From positions 620,001-684,000 of the forward strand of contig QPGO01000021.1 in the NCBI GenBank assembly GCA_008632985.1: 64,000 bases of DNA. Reading direction: 5' to 3'. A program made the translations under genes and the position numbers. A model generated the notes under the pieces. The model saw nothing but the letters and a program-made list of their open reading frames with translations, was not told where the DNA came from and did not search any database. The first letter of the stretch is position 1. Each line of letters starts with the position of its first letter. Shown one piece after another: positions 1-11,700 of the stretch. The DNA is from Psammoneis japonica. Its lineage: Eukaryota.

Positions 1-1340
1 TTGCAGCTTGACCCAGAAACAAAAACAAGGTTGCAGACCACATTGCATTTGTGCCAGGTGTGAGCTCTTGTCATGCTGCAACAAGGAATCATGGCACAGC
101 AGCAGACCATGCTTCAATTCCTTGCAAGTGCTGCTCTTTGACTGCATTTTCCACCCTGCTTTTTCTTTTTACAAGATCTGCATTGTTCTCCACTGAACCT
201 CATGGCAGAGTCAGAACTGAGCTCAGCATCACTGTCTTGCAATGAAGAGAGTTGTCTTCATCTCATCCCCCTCCTTCCATGCCACCACTGGCTGAATCAT
301 TTCCACCCACAGCCATGCTGTCCTCATTTTTGAGCCATGTGCAAGCCAAAATGTGGAAGGAAAGTCCTGTCATGACTTGGGGACACACAACCACTCAATG
401 CTCTTGTCTCAAAGCATGATGTGCAGCCCACATTTTGGGTGTCGCCACTCACAAAGAGAGCTGCAGTGTGGCAGTCTGTCTGCACGACAGTTTCCACTCT
501 GTGCACATTTTGTGCCATCATCTGTCCCCACCACCCCCCGGCTGGAGGTGGGAGGGAGGGACAACAGTGCAAAACAAGCACAGAAACTGTCCCACAGACA
601 GATCTCCACTGCAGCTCTTCTTGCAAGTGGCGACACCCAATTTGCTTTTGTCACAGCATGTGGCCAGACAGTTGCTGCAATGGCGCAATCTCATGGAAGT
701 CTGTTGCACATTGGAGGCAGTGTGCACCCAATGTAAGCTGTTTGTTCATGGGTGATTGTGTCAACTGTTGCTGTTGTTTGGTCAAGGCAGTGAGCATGCT
801 GGTGTGTCTTGAGGTGCATCACCCCGATCAGGTGAGTTGCTTGCAAGGCAGTCATGGGTCAATTCAAATGACACAGCTCTGTGGCTTTTTGCAACAAGGG
901 TGTGCAGAAATGTTGATCAGTCAATGCATGGAAAGTCTTCATCAATCTCTTTGATTGCTTTCCTCTGCTGGCCTTGGTGGTGGAGCACTCTGTGTTTGTC
1001 TGCATGCACCGCATCAATCAAATTGGGTTTTGTGCAGGAAGAAGTGCCACATGAGGGACCCACATGAAATTTGATTTCATCAGATCCAGACAAACCGCCT
1101 CACCTTTTGTCAGGACATTTTGCAGCAGTTGGTTCAATGAATGCAATGGACTCAACTTTGGGCACATCAATCATGTCGTCATGGAGGGTCGCAATTGGAG
1201 TCATGATCAGCGTCCTGCTGCAATCCTTGGCACGCCAAACCAGTGTTGTTGATGTGGAAATCAAGCTGCCATTGTGGAGGTGGATGAAGAATTGAACAAG
1301 ATTTTTTTGCAATTCGTTCCTGCTCCTCGTTGGGGAGAAC
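1..1340. other. CpG- and TpA-depleted, TpG/CpA-rich tract 1 (decayed sequence; extends beyond window start)
   Basis: Very few CG or TA dinucleotides; six-frame ORFs are Cys/His/Gln-rich, nearly Tyr-free and mostly end in TGA; composition normalises after ~1340. Confidence 0.85.
431..645. repeat. Imperfect inverted repeat (foldback, possible decayed MITE)
   Basis: TTGGGTGTCGCCACTCACAAAGAGAGCTGCAGTG...CTGTCTG..GACAGTTTC (~435-494) pairs with GAAACTGTC..CAGACAG..CACTGCAGCTCTT..AGTGGCGACACCCAA (~583-640); C-rich then G-rich centre. Confidence 0.8.
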
Positions 1341-2363
1341 CGCATGTTGCAAAAAGAAGGCCCGATTGCTTTTTATAATCAGAGCAAGAAACCAAGCAAT
1401 GACTGTGGAATGACAAAAGAAAATGTCGTGCTGCGGTCTAATTTAAAATGGCTCGCATTTCCCGCACTTCACCGTGTCATTTTGACCTGCCTCGGAACAC
1501 CCCCGAACACCCATGCGTTCGTCAAACCCTCACGCACAGGGGCTGTTAGACGGCTGTGAGAGCTGCACATTTGGCGCTTCAAATGCCACTCATCGACCTG
1601 AGCCCTGTTGTCAGGTCGAAAAAACCGCTAATTTTCGCTGGGGTCGGGCTTCTTATGGGAGATTAGCGGTAACTTTCTGGGAAATGCCGACAAGTGGCAT
1701 TTGACTGGCTATTGACATATCTACAGTCGTTAAGGTAAAAGTCGCGCATGGTCATACCTGTCGTTTAAGCATTCTAGGGTGTCTGGCGAACGGACAAAGT
1801 TCGACCGATCGCTGAAATTTTTTTTTGCGAACGCGCGCGCATTTACTACGATGCATCCGGGTTATTTTTATAAAAATTACGAGCTCCCAAAAAACAGACC
1901 GCAGCACGTAGATCCATCCTTAATGAAGTGATGAGACAAGTCAAAACAGAATTGGAGTGAATTCTTTTGATGTTTCCTTCATAGTGTGAGTCTTTGTGGT
2001 GGTCTCTTTCTCCGTTGGAACCTGCGCACAGTACCGTAGAAAATGAGTGTTGCTAATACAGTCACACAGTTGCGTTCGCCCTCAGTTCATTCCCACAGTA
2101 GTCGACACATCCCATTCAAACTCTTGGAGCGCTGAAGAGAGGCATGTGAGATTTTTCTGAGGTGGACCTCCAGTGACGTTGTTGCTCTCTAAGGCCTATG
2201 CTGGCGTAAAAGCCTTGCTTCGCTGGCTGAGGAGTTATGCCAGGCATCGCAAAGGCTTCCAAGGCCTCGAAAACGCTTCAAAATTAGTCTCTAGGAACAT
2301 GGTCACCTTCTGTAGTACCTCACCGGTTAGATGGTTTGTGACATAACTAGTCAATTGTCGAAA

Positions 2364-3689
2364 CTAGGTCTTCTTTTCCGGTAAAGCTTTAATGTCAGGC
2401 ATTGGGAACGTTTCCAACTTGGGAGCTAAGAACATCGGAGCCTTGAGTAGTTTCTCGCCTGCAACGCGATTTGTGTCATTGCAGGCCCAGTGTAAATAGT
2501 CATTGAAGCATTCCAGTTGCTCACCGTGAATGCCGCGGACTTCACAGTACGGTGATGCCACTTTGCGTTCACTTTTGTTCCGGCCGAACACAATCGCCAA
2601 GGGCATGGTTTGGGAAAATGACGACGTCTTACCTGCAATTACCACATCTGCGTGACTGAGCAGTGCCTGATCCATTACGGTATCTTCCCATCTTTGCACA
2701 CAAGAAGTTTGGTTGGGAGCTACTTTGTGCTTTCCAAACTCCCCAAAAAAGACACCTGCGCCTTCTGCAACTCGATTCTGCTCCCAGACAACAACCGGCA
2801 TGACGCCCTCCAGACCCGAACGAAAACGCTCAATGTAGGACGGCGTATCTGTCGCCATGAACAAGATCGCAGGATCCGTTCCACTATAGTTGTTAGTGAC
2901 AAGGCTCCGTAAGTTGTTTGTGACATTGGTTGCCCATGCTTCAGCGTCGAGAATTTCCCGCCTCTTCCTTGAAAAATCACCCGTCTCTCCGTTTCCAGCA
3001 CGTATATGAATGCCAAACACTACTTTGCCGACAAAGTGCTCCTCAACAAATGCATTGACATCATCACGGCGTCTAAATCGATTATGCAATGACGTATAGA
3101 ATTCCAAGTCGGTGGCAATCTTGTCTTCTTGAGGGCATAATCCACCCCGTCGATCTTGACCATTGAAGCCAGCCACTTCATTTGAGTAACTAACATACAA
3201 ATTCGTCGAATTGACATATGCTAGTTCATCTCTGGAGGGAGGATCAAAGAGCAAAGGGTAAATATCTAGCTTTCCACTTCCTACTCCTCCAGGTGTACAC
3301 CACCCCCAATGACCTTGCAACCTGAAACGCAACCGCTTTGCAACGTAATAGGCATTGGACATGCGGGCTAAACGATGTCCCAGGCCGCAACACGCCCGGT
3401 ATTCGACTGTTGAGAATTCCTCAATGCTGACATTGTTCATCATGTTGTTTGGTCCTTCATGTGTAGTGACGTTACGTTTCTGAGCCGAACCATCCGCTGC
3501 GGCTGTTGTTCGGATAGCTTCGATTCCTTGTTTCGGTTCCCGAGAGAAAGATGCTTGCTGAATCAAATTCTGCTGCCTTTTCAAAGCAACCAGAGTCATG
3601 TAGAGGACTATTATCAGCGGTGAAGGGCGTTTCAACCAACGTCGCCGCCCGCCCATTGCGATGTTCCCATCATCGTTTCTTTCCGGCAT
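2364..3689 (-). CDS. Type II membrane fucosyltransferase-like glycosyltransferase (GT-B fold, NodZ/GT23-like motifs), single domain
   Basis: Intronless ORF; N-terminal RRRWL + hydrophobic anchor; motifs CCGLGHRL, GIHIRAGNG, FMATD, DQALLSHADVVI; start taken at ATG 3689 (MPERND). Confidence 0.75.
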   Translation of the reverse strand: MPERNDDGNIAMGGRRRWLKRPSPLIIVLYMTLVALKRQQNLIQQASFSREPKQGIEAIRTTAAADGSAQKRNVTTHEGPNNMMNNVSIEEFSTVEYRACCGLGHRLARMSNAYYVAKRLRFRLQGHWGWCTPGGVGSGKLDIYPLLFDPPSRDELAYVNSTNLYVSYSNEVAGFNGQDRRGGLCPQEDKIATDLEFYTSLHNRFRRRDDVNAFVEEHFVGKVVFGIHIRAGNGETGDFSRKRREILDAEAWATNVTNNLRSLVTNNYSGTDPAILFMATDTPSYIERFRSGLEGVMPVVVWEQNRVAEGAGVFFGEFGKHKVAPNQTSCVQRWEDTVMDQALLSHADVVIAGKTSSFSQTMPLAIVFGRNKSERKVASPYCEVRGIHGEQLECFNDYLHWACNDTNRVAGEKLLKAPMFLAPKLETFPMPDIKALPEKKT

Positions 3690-5745
3690 CGTGAGAAAAT
3701 GAGGTGGTGAAAAACCGTTGTTTTGTGGCGATGAGATCACAACGACCGCCTCGCGCGATTTGGCGAGTTAGCTTCTTAAGTCCAATATTCGGATGCAAAT
3801 AAAGCATTTATAAATATATTTATTAGGAAATATTAATTAAGGAAAAAAAAGCTATCAGGTGAGGACCGTTGATAAAGACGTTCAACGGACAGTGTTTTCC
3901 CGCCATTTTTTTGCCCGCCAAAGATTAGGGTACCATGGGGGTCTTGACAGCGGCGCAGGCCTCTTTGATTGTTTGTTTCTCCCTTAGATATCAGAATGAG
4001 ACTTGCCTTCCAAACTTCGTTCTGCTCCGTTAAGACCAGGTTTCCTCAAACAGGTGTCAAGTTGCAGACCTGTTGAAACATTTGTGATTGGGTGGCAACA
4101 CAGTCATGTTCATGTTGGTAAAAAAAAACAGCACATGCCACAATGTGCCAAGAGTTTCTGACAGAGTATAGAGTATAGCTTGCCCTCCCCCTGCATCCGC
4201 ACTCGTCTGAGTCCAAAGGTGCTTGAGTCATTTTTGCTATGATTCTCGTTTGTTGTTGCTCTGGGGCGAAACGCTTTTTCGTTTTCTGGTACGAGATACC
4301 GACCGTCGAGAGAGCAATAGGATTCGAAAATCAGCACACGTACTGATCCATAGTCTACGGTGGGAGGTCTGAAGGAGTTGCCATTATTCTGCAAGAACGT
4401 TTCGGAAGGAACCGATTTCTCTTGAAAGTAAGTTCCGTCATCGCCACGCGGATCGGGCCCTGCAGAAGTCTCGCGAGAATGATACCTTCCACTTTGAGAT
4501 TCTTCTTCAACTGTGTTTTAATTTGATGTTGGCCTACGGTACAATTGTGGAGGAAAACAATAGCAGAAGCTCGGCAATCCGTGGATACGTCGGGGCTATG
4601 GAGGCGCGCCATGCTCGGTAGGTGTGTTGTTGCTCTTGAGGTGGTTGCAAAACCACTATAATTGGCTCTCGTTTCTCATAAAGTTATGCATATTTCGTTT
4701 TGTTCATTCTGCTTCCGCAGCATGTGTCGTTGGATTTAAACTGCAATCATATGAAAGGCCCGGTCCAGTAGGGCTCATGACGTCGCTTGTTCACTTGGAG
4801 TGCTACAAGTTCTTTTCTCACTGACTGTGATTTTGACCACAAGACGCAACGATTCAGTCATCGGTCATCCCAGTAGTGGCAATCAATGATGGTCCGAAGT
4901 GTATGGTTCAACGATGAATGATGACACGGCTCACTGTAAAACCCTACAGGCAAGAATCGTATAGTTGTTTCCACGCAAGTATTGAAAGGTCGGAAGGATT
5001 GATCCTCACTTTTGATAGTCTAGTTTTTTGCTCTATATTCTTCTGATAAATAAAGCGTCTTGGTAAGCTGTTCTTCGTTTCTATCCCTCAAAACATGCGA
5101 GCTGCTTTCTTATGAGTTTGTTGTGTATGCGTTGTTTCTTATACATCGCCAAATTGATGTGGATTGTATTTTCAACGTGATTATTCCGTAACGGAGACCG
5201 ATTGTTTCCATTTTGGCGTTGTTTTCTGACTTTCATCATCGGAGTGCGAGGCGATGGCGACGAGGAAGAAAGACAACGAGGTCGCGTTTTCGTGACCAAC
5301 GTGCCACCTCACTCAACGTTACTGTGCTATAACTCTTAATGTTATTAAGAGCATGAGGATGATAATGACATGACGGGAGTGAATCACAATGAGGATCGAC
5401 GTCCTGGAGCTCATAAGCGAGAAAAATAATATGGTGAGTCCTGTCTAAGTCCTGTGATGGTCCCAGTAATGTTCATCCCTCTGTACTAACCATTCATGTA
5501 TGTGAATCAAATCGGAATACTTACACTTTTCCCGCCTCATTTTTTGAAAAAGGGCGGTAGCACCAAGTTTACTTAGACGTAGTGTCTTTAAGTGAGCAAT
5601 TCGTCAATGACTGTCACTTCTTTGTTCAAGATCCTCCTCCTTTCGTTTATTCGAACTAAGCGGAAGTAAAACACCGTCATTCTTGTTGCTTCTGAACGTC
5701 CACAGCAACATTCGATTGCTACCGGTGCTATTGAATTTCATCAGA

Positions 5746-8440
5746 ATGAACTCGGAAACCGACCCTGAGCTCAACAAAGCAGGAGCCAATGATCTACCGA
5801 GTCCTTCCTCATCCTTAGCGGCAGTTTCTGAATATAATCGCTATCAAGAAGTTGAGGGTCAAGAGAACTCAAATCTCCACGAGGAAAACGACAACGTCCG
5901 TACTACTGTGACTCTTCCGAATAAGAGCACGCAAGCCTTCTTGGTCAACAGCAGTGCTGGTCTTTTTCTCCGAGAACAAGAAGAAGCAGCTAGTCCTCCT
6001 CAGGAGTCAAATACAAGTGACTCGACTAATGAATCTAGTCGTACTGAAGATCCGCCGAGCTCTAGTACTCTCGAGATTAGTGCTGGCAACGAAGACGATG
6101 AAGAAGCCACTACTCACCAACCTGATCGCTTGGTGACTGCCACGTCAACCTGGCTTGAACCAGCTTTGTCTTCAGGAACAGGCATGCAAGTTGCTGCAAG
6201 GATAGAAGAAGTCCCCACGCCGCAAGAAACTAGTCAGTCGTCATGGTCACGAGGTCTTTTGGGTGCAATCAAGCGACCCAAGATCAAGGAGCGACTCGCC
6301 TTGATGGGACTCTTGTTTCTTGTTGCGGGGGCTGTTGCAGTTGCAGTGCCTCTTGTGCTACGCAGCACAAAGACAAGTCCCAGTGATGCCGCCTCCAATC
6401 AAGGCGACGACGACGACACGGAAGGCCCATCCAAGCCACCACTCAGTGCTGAGTTTCTGAATGAAGTCTTTGTCCAGTGGCGCACAAAACTAGTGGATGA
6501 CCGAGTTTCCGACTACAATTCCTTTTTGGATCCGACCTCAGCTCAATCGCAAGCGCTCTTTTGGACTGTTTATCAAGACACATTGCTCGACAAGGCCAAC
6601 TACAAAGATAACGTATACTTTGTGCAGCGTTACATTTTGATGGTCTTGTTCTTTGGTTGTGGAGGGGATCAATGGCGTGGCTCTGTCGGGGCAGCGTCAT
6701 GGACAAGCCTTTATAATGTGCACGAGTGTGACTGGAATGGCATTGAATGCAATTCGGCTCTTGAAGTTTCCGGGCTAATGTTGTCGGCCACCACAATGGT
6801 TGGGACGGTGCCGCGAGAGATTGCAGAATTGAGAAACCTCAGTACGTAAACGCCTTTTTCTTTCACATGTCGTACAAAGTGTGAGTCTTCTTTATCTGTT
6901 CGCTCTCACACTTGATGTTAATCTTGTTTCCAAAACCTTTTGTTCTCTACGCAGAGCACCTTCATATTGACAACAACCGCTTGGAGGGTACGATTCCTTT
7001 TCAAATTTATGAATTGAGACAACTCCGTAAGTTTGACGCAGTCGACGGCACACAAGAGTCATACTTGTCCCTCTGCCTCAAATTGCTCTTTGTTGTCTTA
7101 TCCTCTCCAGAGACATTTAATTTCCAGTTCAACGAGTTTACTTCTACAATCAGTGAACAGATAGGGCAACTGACAAACTTGGGTAAGTTTGATTCTCGAA
7201 TGCCTTTCTCTTTATACTATAGAAAGCCGTCGCAATCTCAAACCTCCTCTCTTGCTAACAGAATCGCTAAACATGGCGGGCAATCTTGTTTCTGGCACTC
7301 TGCCGGAAGTGATGAAAGAAATGACAAACTTACGTAAGTCGATCCTTCGTCCCAATGCGTGTCGTGTTCTCAATAGTCGCGCCTTAAGTCTTGTGGCTTG
7401 TTTTGTTTTGCCACGTTCGTTCCTTCCGTCCTTGATATCCAAAGAGTACGTTTCATTTTTCAACAACAAGTTGCGTGGACCCCTTTTTGATTTTGTGATG
7501 GAATGGAAGGAAGCAGGTAAGAAGCAGAAATATTTCGGCACCGCCATAGCATTGCACGCGCTCCTTCTAACTTCGATTCTCGTTGCGATTTCAGTGGAAA
7601 TCACGGCCGGGGGGAACCAATTCACGGGGACGTTCCCATCCAGTCTTTACTTGTTGTCAAACCTAGGTGAGTTAAGTTTTTCGCTTATTTGTGGCTTTGC
7701 TGCTTGGGTAACCTTTTCTCACCTGCACATGTGTGGCATCCCCGTCCCCTTCCAGTTGTCCTAAACCTTATTGGAGCAGATGTTGTTGGCACGATCCCGA
7801 CCGAAATAGGCCTCATCAGCAACCTAGGTATGTTTCGTCTTTAGCAACGTTGCTTCCACTACAACATCGACTGAATAGTTCTAAGTAATATCCATTCTTG
7901 TCTATCATTGGACAATACAGAACGCTTGGATTTGGGTGAAAACATGAACGGTCTGGTTGGAACGCTTCCATCTGAGATTGGTAATTGTTTGAAGATGACC
8001 AGTTTAGCTCTACCGTTTGCTGGTAAAAATATGCGAGGCACGATACCAACGGAGCTGGGCAAGCTGACTGAGTTGTATTCGATAAACTTGTCATCCAACG
8101 ACTTATCTGGATTCATCCCATCGGAATTTGGCAATCTTGTACTTGTAGACAATCTAATGTTGCACATTAATCGGATTGAGGGGACCATACCTACGCAGTT
8201 GCAAAGACTCACGAAGCTGGGTGAGTGCAAATACGAAGCGATTCAGTTTGTTTGCTATAACCATTCTCTTATTGCTCCTTTCACGTATTGCTTGGTGTTC
8301 CGTTAGCTATCTTTTCCATTGAACAGAATAAGTTGGTCGGGACAATGCCCTCAGCCATGTGTGATCTGAATGCCGCCATTCAGTATGACTGCAGCGTCTC
8401 ATGTGATTGCTGTGCAAACAAGTGCGCAACTCACGGCTAG
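5746..8440 (+). CDS. Leucine-rich-repeat single-pass membrane protein, 9 exons (5746-6841, 6955-7026, 7111-7182, 7262-7333, 7445-7516, 7595-7666, 7756-7827, 7921-8220, 8307-8440)
   Basis: Low-complexity N-terminus, TM helix LALMGLLFLVAGAVAVAVPLVL, cap motif ECDWNGIEC, repeats LxLxxNxLxGTIPxEIGxL; all introns GT-AG and phase 1; spliced frame ends at TAG 8438-8440. Confidence 0.9.
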
Positions 8441-8781
8441 AAAAATAAACAGCCAGTGAACGGATCTACTAATGTTGATAGCATTGGACAAGGTGTTTGA
8501 AACTCTAGCGAGTCTTTTGCATTCAAGTTTGTCAATGTTTATCAATACCGGTACATATTGATAGTTATCTAGGCCCCACTGATATTATTTATTTAAGTGC
8601 CTACAGTACACAGAAAGTCCGTCACGGCGAAAGGTGTGCTTGAGTAGTCAATACCTAAGAGAATGAGTCTGTCCTCTGTGATTCGTAGAGTAGCAGTTGA
8701 TGATGAAAGGTACTTGTTTTGTACTCTCTGCATAAAAGCACCAATCTTTTCGAAGTAGAATGTCCAAGAGTGGACGCGTTT

Positions 8782-11700
8782 CTATGAAACGATATGATAT
8801 TCGTGTTGCAAACAATAATCTTTGACCCGGTCTCTGCTTATGGAAGGATGGCAGCTTTTCAAATTCTCTGAGCGATGTTGAATTTCCGGAATCGGAAATG
8901 TTTCTAGTCCTGGATCCAAGAACATGGGCATCTTCCGTGGTGATACGCCTGCTATGAGGTTTGTGTCATTGCAGGCCCAGTGTAAATAGTCATTGAAGCA
9001 TTCCAGATGCTCCCCGTGAATGCCGCGGACTTCGCAATACGGTGTGACCACTTTGCGTTCACTGTATTCGCGACCAAACGCAATCGACAAGGGCATGGTT
9101 TGTGGGAACGAAGATTCTTTACCGGCAATCACTACATCTGCGTGGCTGAGAAGTACCTGATCAATCAAGGTATCTTCCCATCTTTGCAGACACGAAGTTT
9201 GGTTGGGAGCCACTTTGCCCTTCCCAGCCTCCCCAAAAAAGACACCTTCACCTTCGGCGACTCGTTCCTGCTCCCAAGCAACAACCGGCATGACGCCCTT
9301 CAGATTCGAGCGAAAACGCTCAATATAAGATGGAGTATCTGTCGCCATGAACAAGACAGCTTGGTTATTTGTGCTGTTGCTGGCGACAAGGCTCCGTAAG
9401 TTGTTGGTAACGTTCATCCCCCACGCCCCGGCGTCGAGAATCTCGCGCTTCTTTATTGAAAAATCACCTGTCTCTCCGTTTCCAGCACGTACATGGATGC
9501 CGAGAACTAGCTTTCCTGCAAAGTGCTTCCTTATAAAAGCGTTGACTTGGTCACGGCGTTTGAATCGGTTTCGCAATGAAGTATAGAATTCCAAGTCGGT
9601 TGCAATCTTGTCTTCTTGAGGGCATTTTCCGCCCCGCCGATCTTGAGGTGAAAACCCAGCCACTTCGTTACCATAAGAAGTTCGCAATTTCATCGAAGTG
9701 ACATATTCCAGTTCATCTCTGGAGGGAGGGTCAAAAAGCGATGAGTAGACTTCCAATCTTTCATTGTTCTTGCCGCTGTCACACCAACCCCAAAAACCTC
9801 GCAACTCGAAGCCCAAGTTTTTCGCGACATGATATGCATTGGACATGCGCGCCAATCGATGCCCCAAGCCGCAACAAGCAGAATAATCAACGCTGGAATA
9901 CTCCTCCAAGCTGACGTCTTTCATACTAATCTGTGGGCGAGTTACAGTCTGTGAGCTAAATGCTGTGCCTTCTGGCTGACGTTCAGGTTTGATCTCAGGC
10001 ATCGGGAACGTTTCGAAGTTGGGAGCTAAGAACATTGGGGCCTTGATTAGTTTCTCGCCTCCAAAGAAGTTTGTGTCGTTGCAAGCCCAATGTTGATAGT
10101 CATTGAAGCATTCCAGTCGATCTCCGTGGATACCGCGGACTTCACAGTACGGCGTTGCCACTTTGCGTTCGCTCTTGTCACGACCAAACGCAATCGCCAA
10201 GGGCATGGTTTGGGAAAAAGATGATGTCTTACCGGCAATAACCACATCTGCATGACTGAGCAATACCTGATCAATCAGGGTATCCTCCCACCGCGACAAG
10301 CATTCCATTTGATCGGGAGCCTTTTTGTGAGCGCCATGTTGCCCGAAAAACACACCTTCGCCTTCGGGTATTCGATTCTGCTCCCATACAATAACAGGTA
10401 TGACATCCTCCAGATTCGATCGAAAGAGTTCAATATACGACGGGGTATCAGTCGCCATAAACAAGATGGCCGTGTCCTTTCCATAGTTATTGTTCGTCAC
10501 AAGGTTCCGTATGTTGCTGGTAGCGTTCATTGCCCAAGATTCTGCGTCGAGAATGTGACGTTTCTTGATTGCGAAATCCCCTGTCTCGCCGTTTCCCGCG
10601 CGAACATGAATTCCAAGAACTAGTTTTCCATCAAAGTGCTCCTTAACAAACGCGTTGACATCGCCGCGGCGTTTGAATCGATTTCGCAATGACGTGTAGA
10701 ATTCCAAGTCGGCTGCAATCTTGTCTTCTTGAGGGCATCGTCCTCCCCGTCGATCTTGACCCGTAAAGCCCTCCACTTCATTGCTGTAGCTAACATGAAG
10801 ATTCGTCGAATTGACATATGACAATTCTTCTCTGGATGGACGGTCAAAGAGCGACGCGAAAAGATCGACCCGTTCTGGACCCTCGCCGCAGAAACCCCAA
10901 CTACCTCGCAACTCAAAACGCAACTGTTTTGCAACGTAATACGCACAGGACATGCGCGCCAACCGGTGTCCCAAGCCACAACACGCCGAGTAATCGACAC
11001 GCGAATAATCCTCCGCGCCGATATCGATCGTACTATTCTGTGGGCTTGTTTCAGTAAGTGAGCTAGAGGCAGTACCTTCTGGACGACCTGCTACGACGCT
11101 TTTACTCTCGAGAGTCGATATTGTCGCTGATGCCTTTTCCCTTCGAGCTAACGGCGTCTTTTCAGGGTCAGGTTTGATCTCAGGCATCGGTAACGTCTGG
11201 AACTTGGGATGTAAGAACAACGGAGCCTTGATAAGTTTCTCGCCTTCAACGCGGTTTGTGTCGTTGCAAGCCCAATGTTGATAGTCATTAAAACATTCCA
11301 GTTGCTCTCCGTGGATGCCGCGGACTTCACAGTACGGTGTGGCCACTTTGCGTTCACTCTTGTCACGACCAAACGCAATCGCCAAAGGCATGGTTTGGGA
11401 AAAAGATGATGTCTTACCGGCAATAACCACATCTGCATGACTGAGCAATACCTGATCGATCAGGGTATCTTCCCAACGTGACAAGCATTCTGTTTGATCG
11501 GGAGCCTTTTTGTGAGCACCATGTTGCCCGAAAAACACACCTTCGCCTTCGGAGACTCGATGCTGCTCCCATACTATAACAGGCATGACACCCTCCAGAT
11601 TCGATCGAAAGCGTTCAATATAGGACGGGGTGTCAGTCGCCATGAACAAGACAGCCGAGTCCTTTCCGTAATTATTGTTTGTCACAAGTTTTCGTAGGTT

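Noticed and set aside
4110..5300. Short ORFs between the GT and LRR genes
   Set aside because: No recognisable motifs or consistent splice structure
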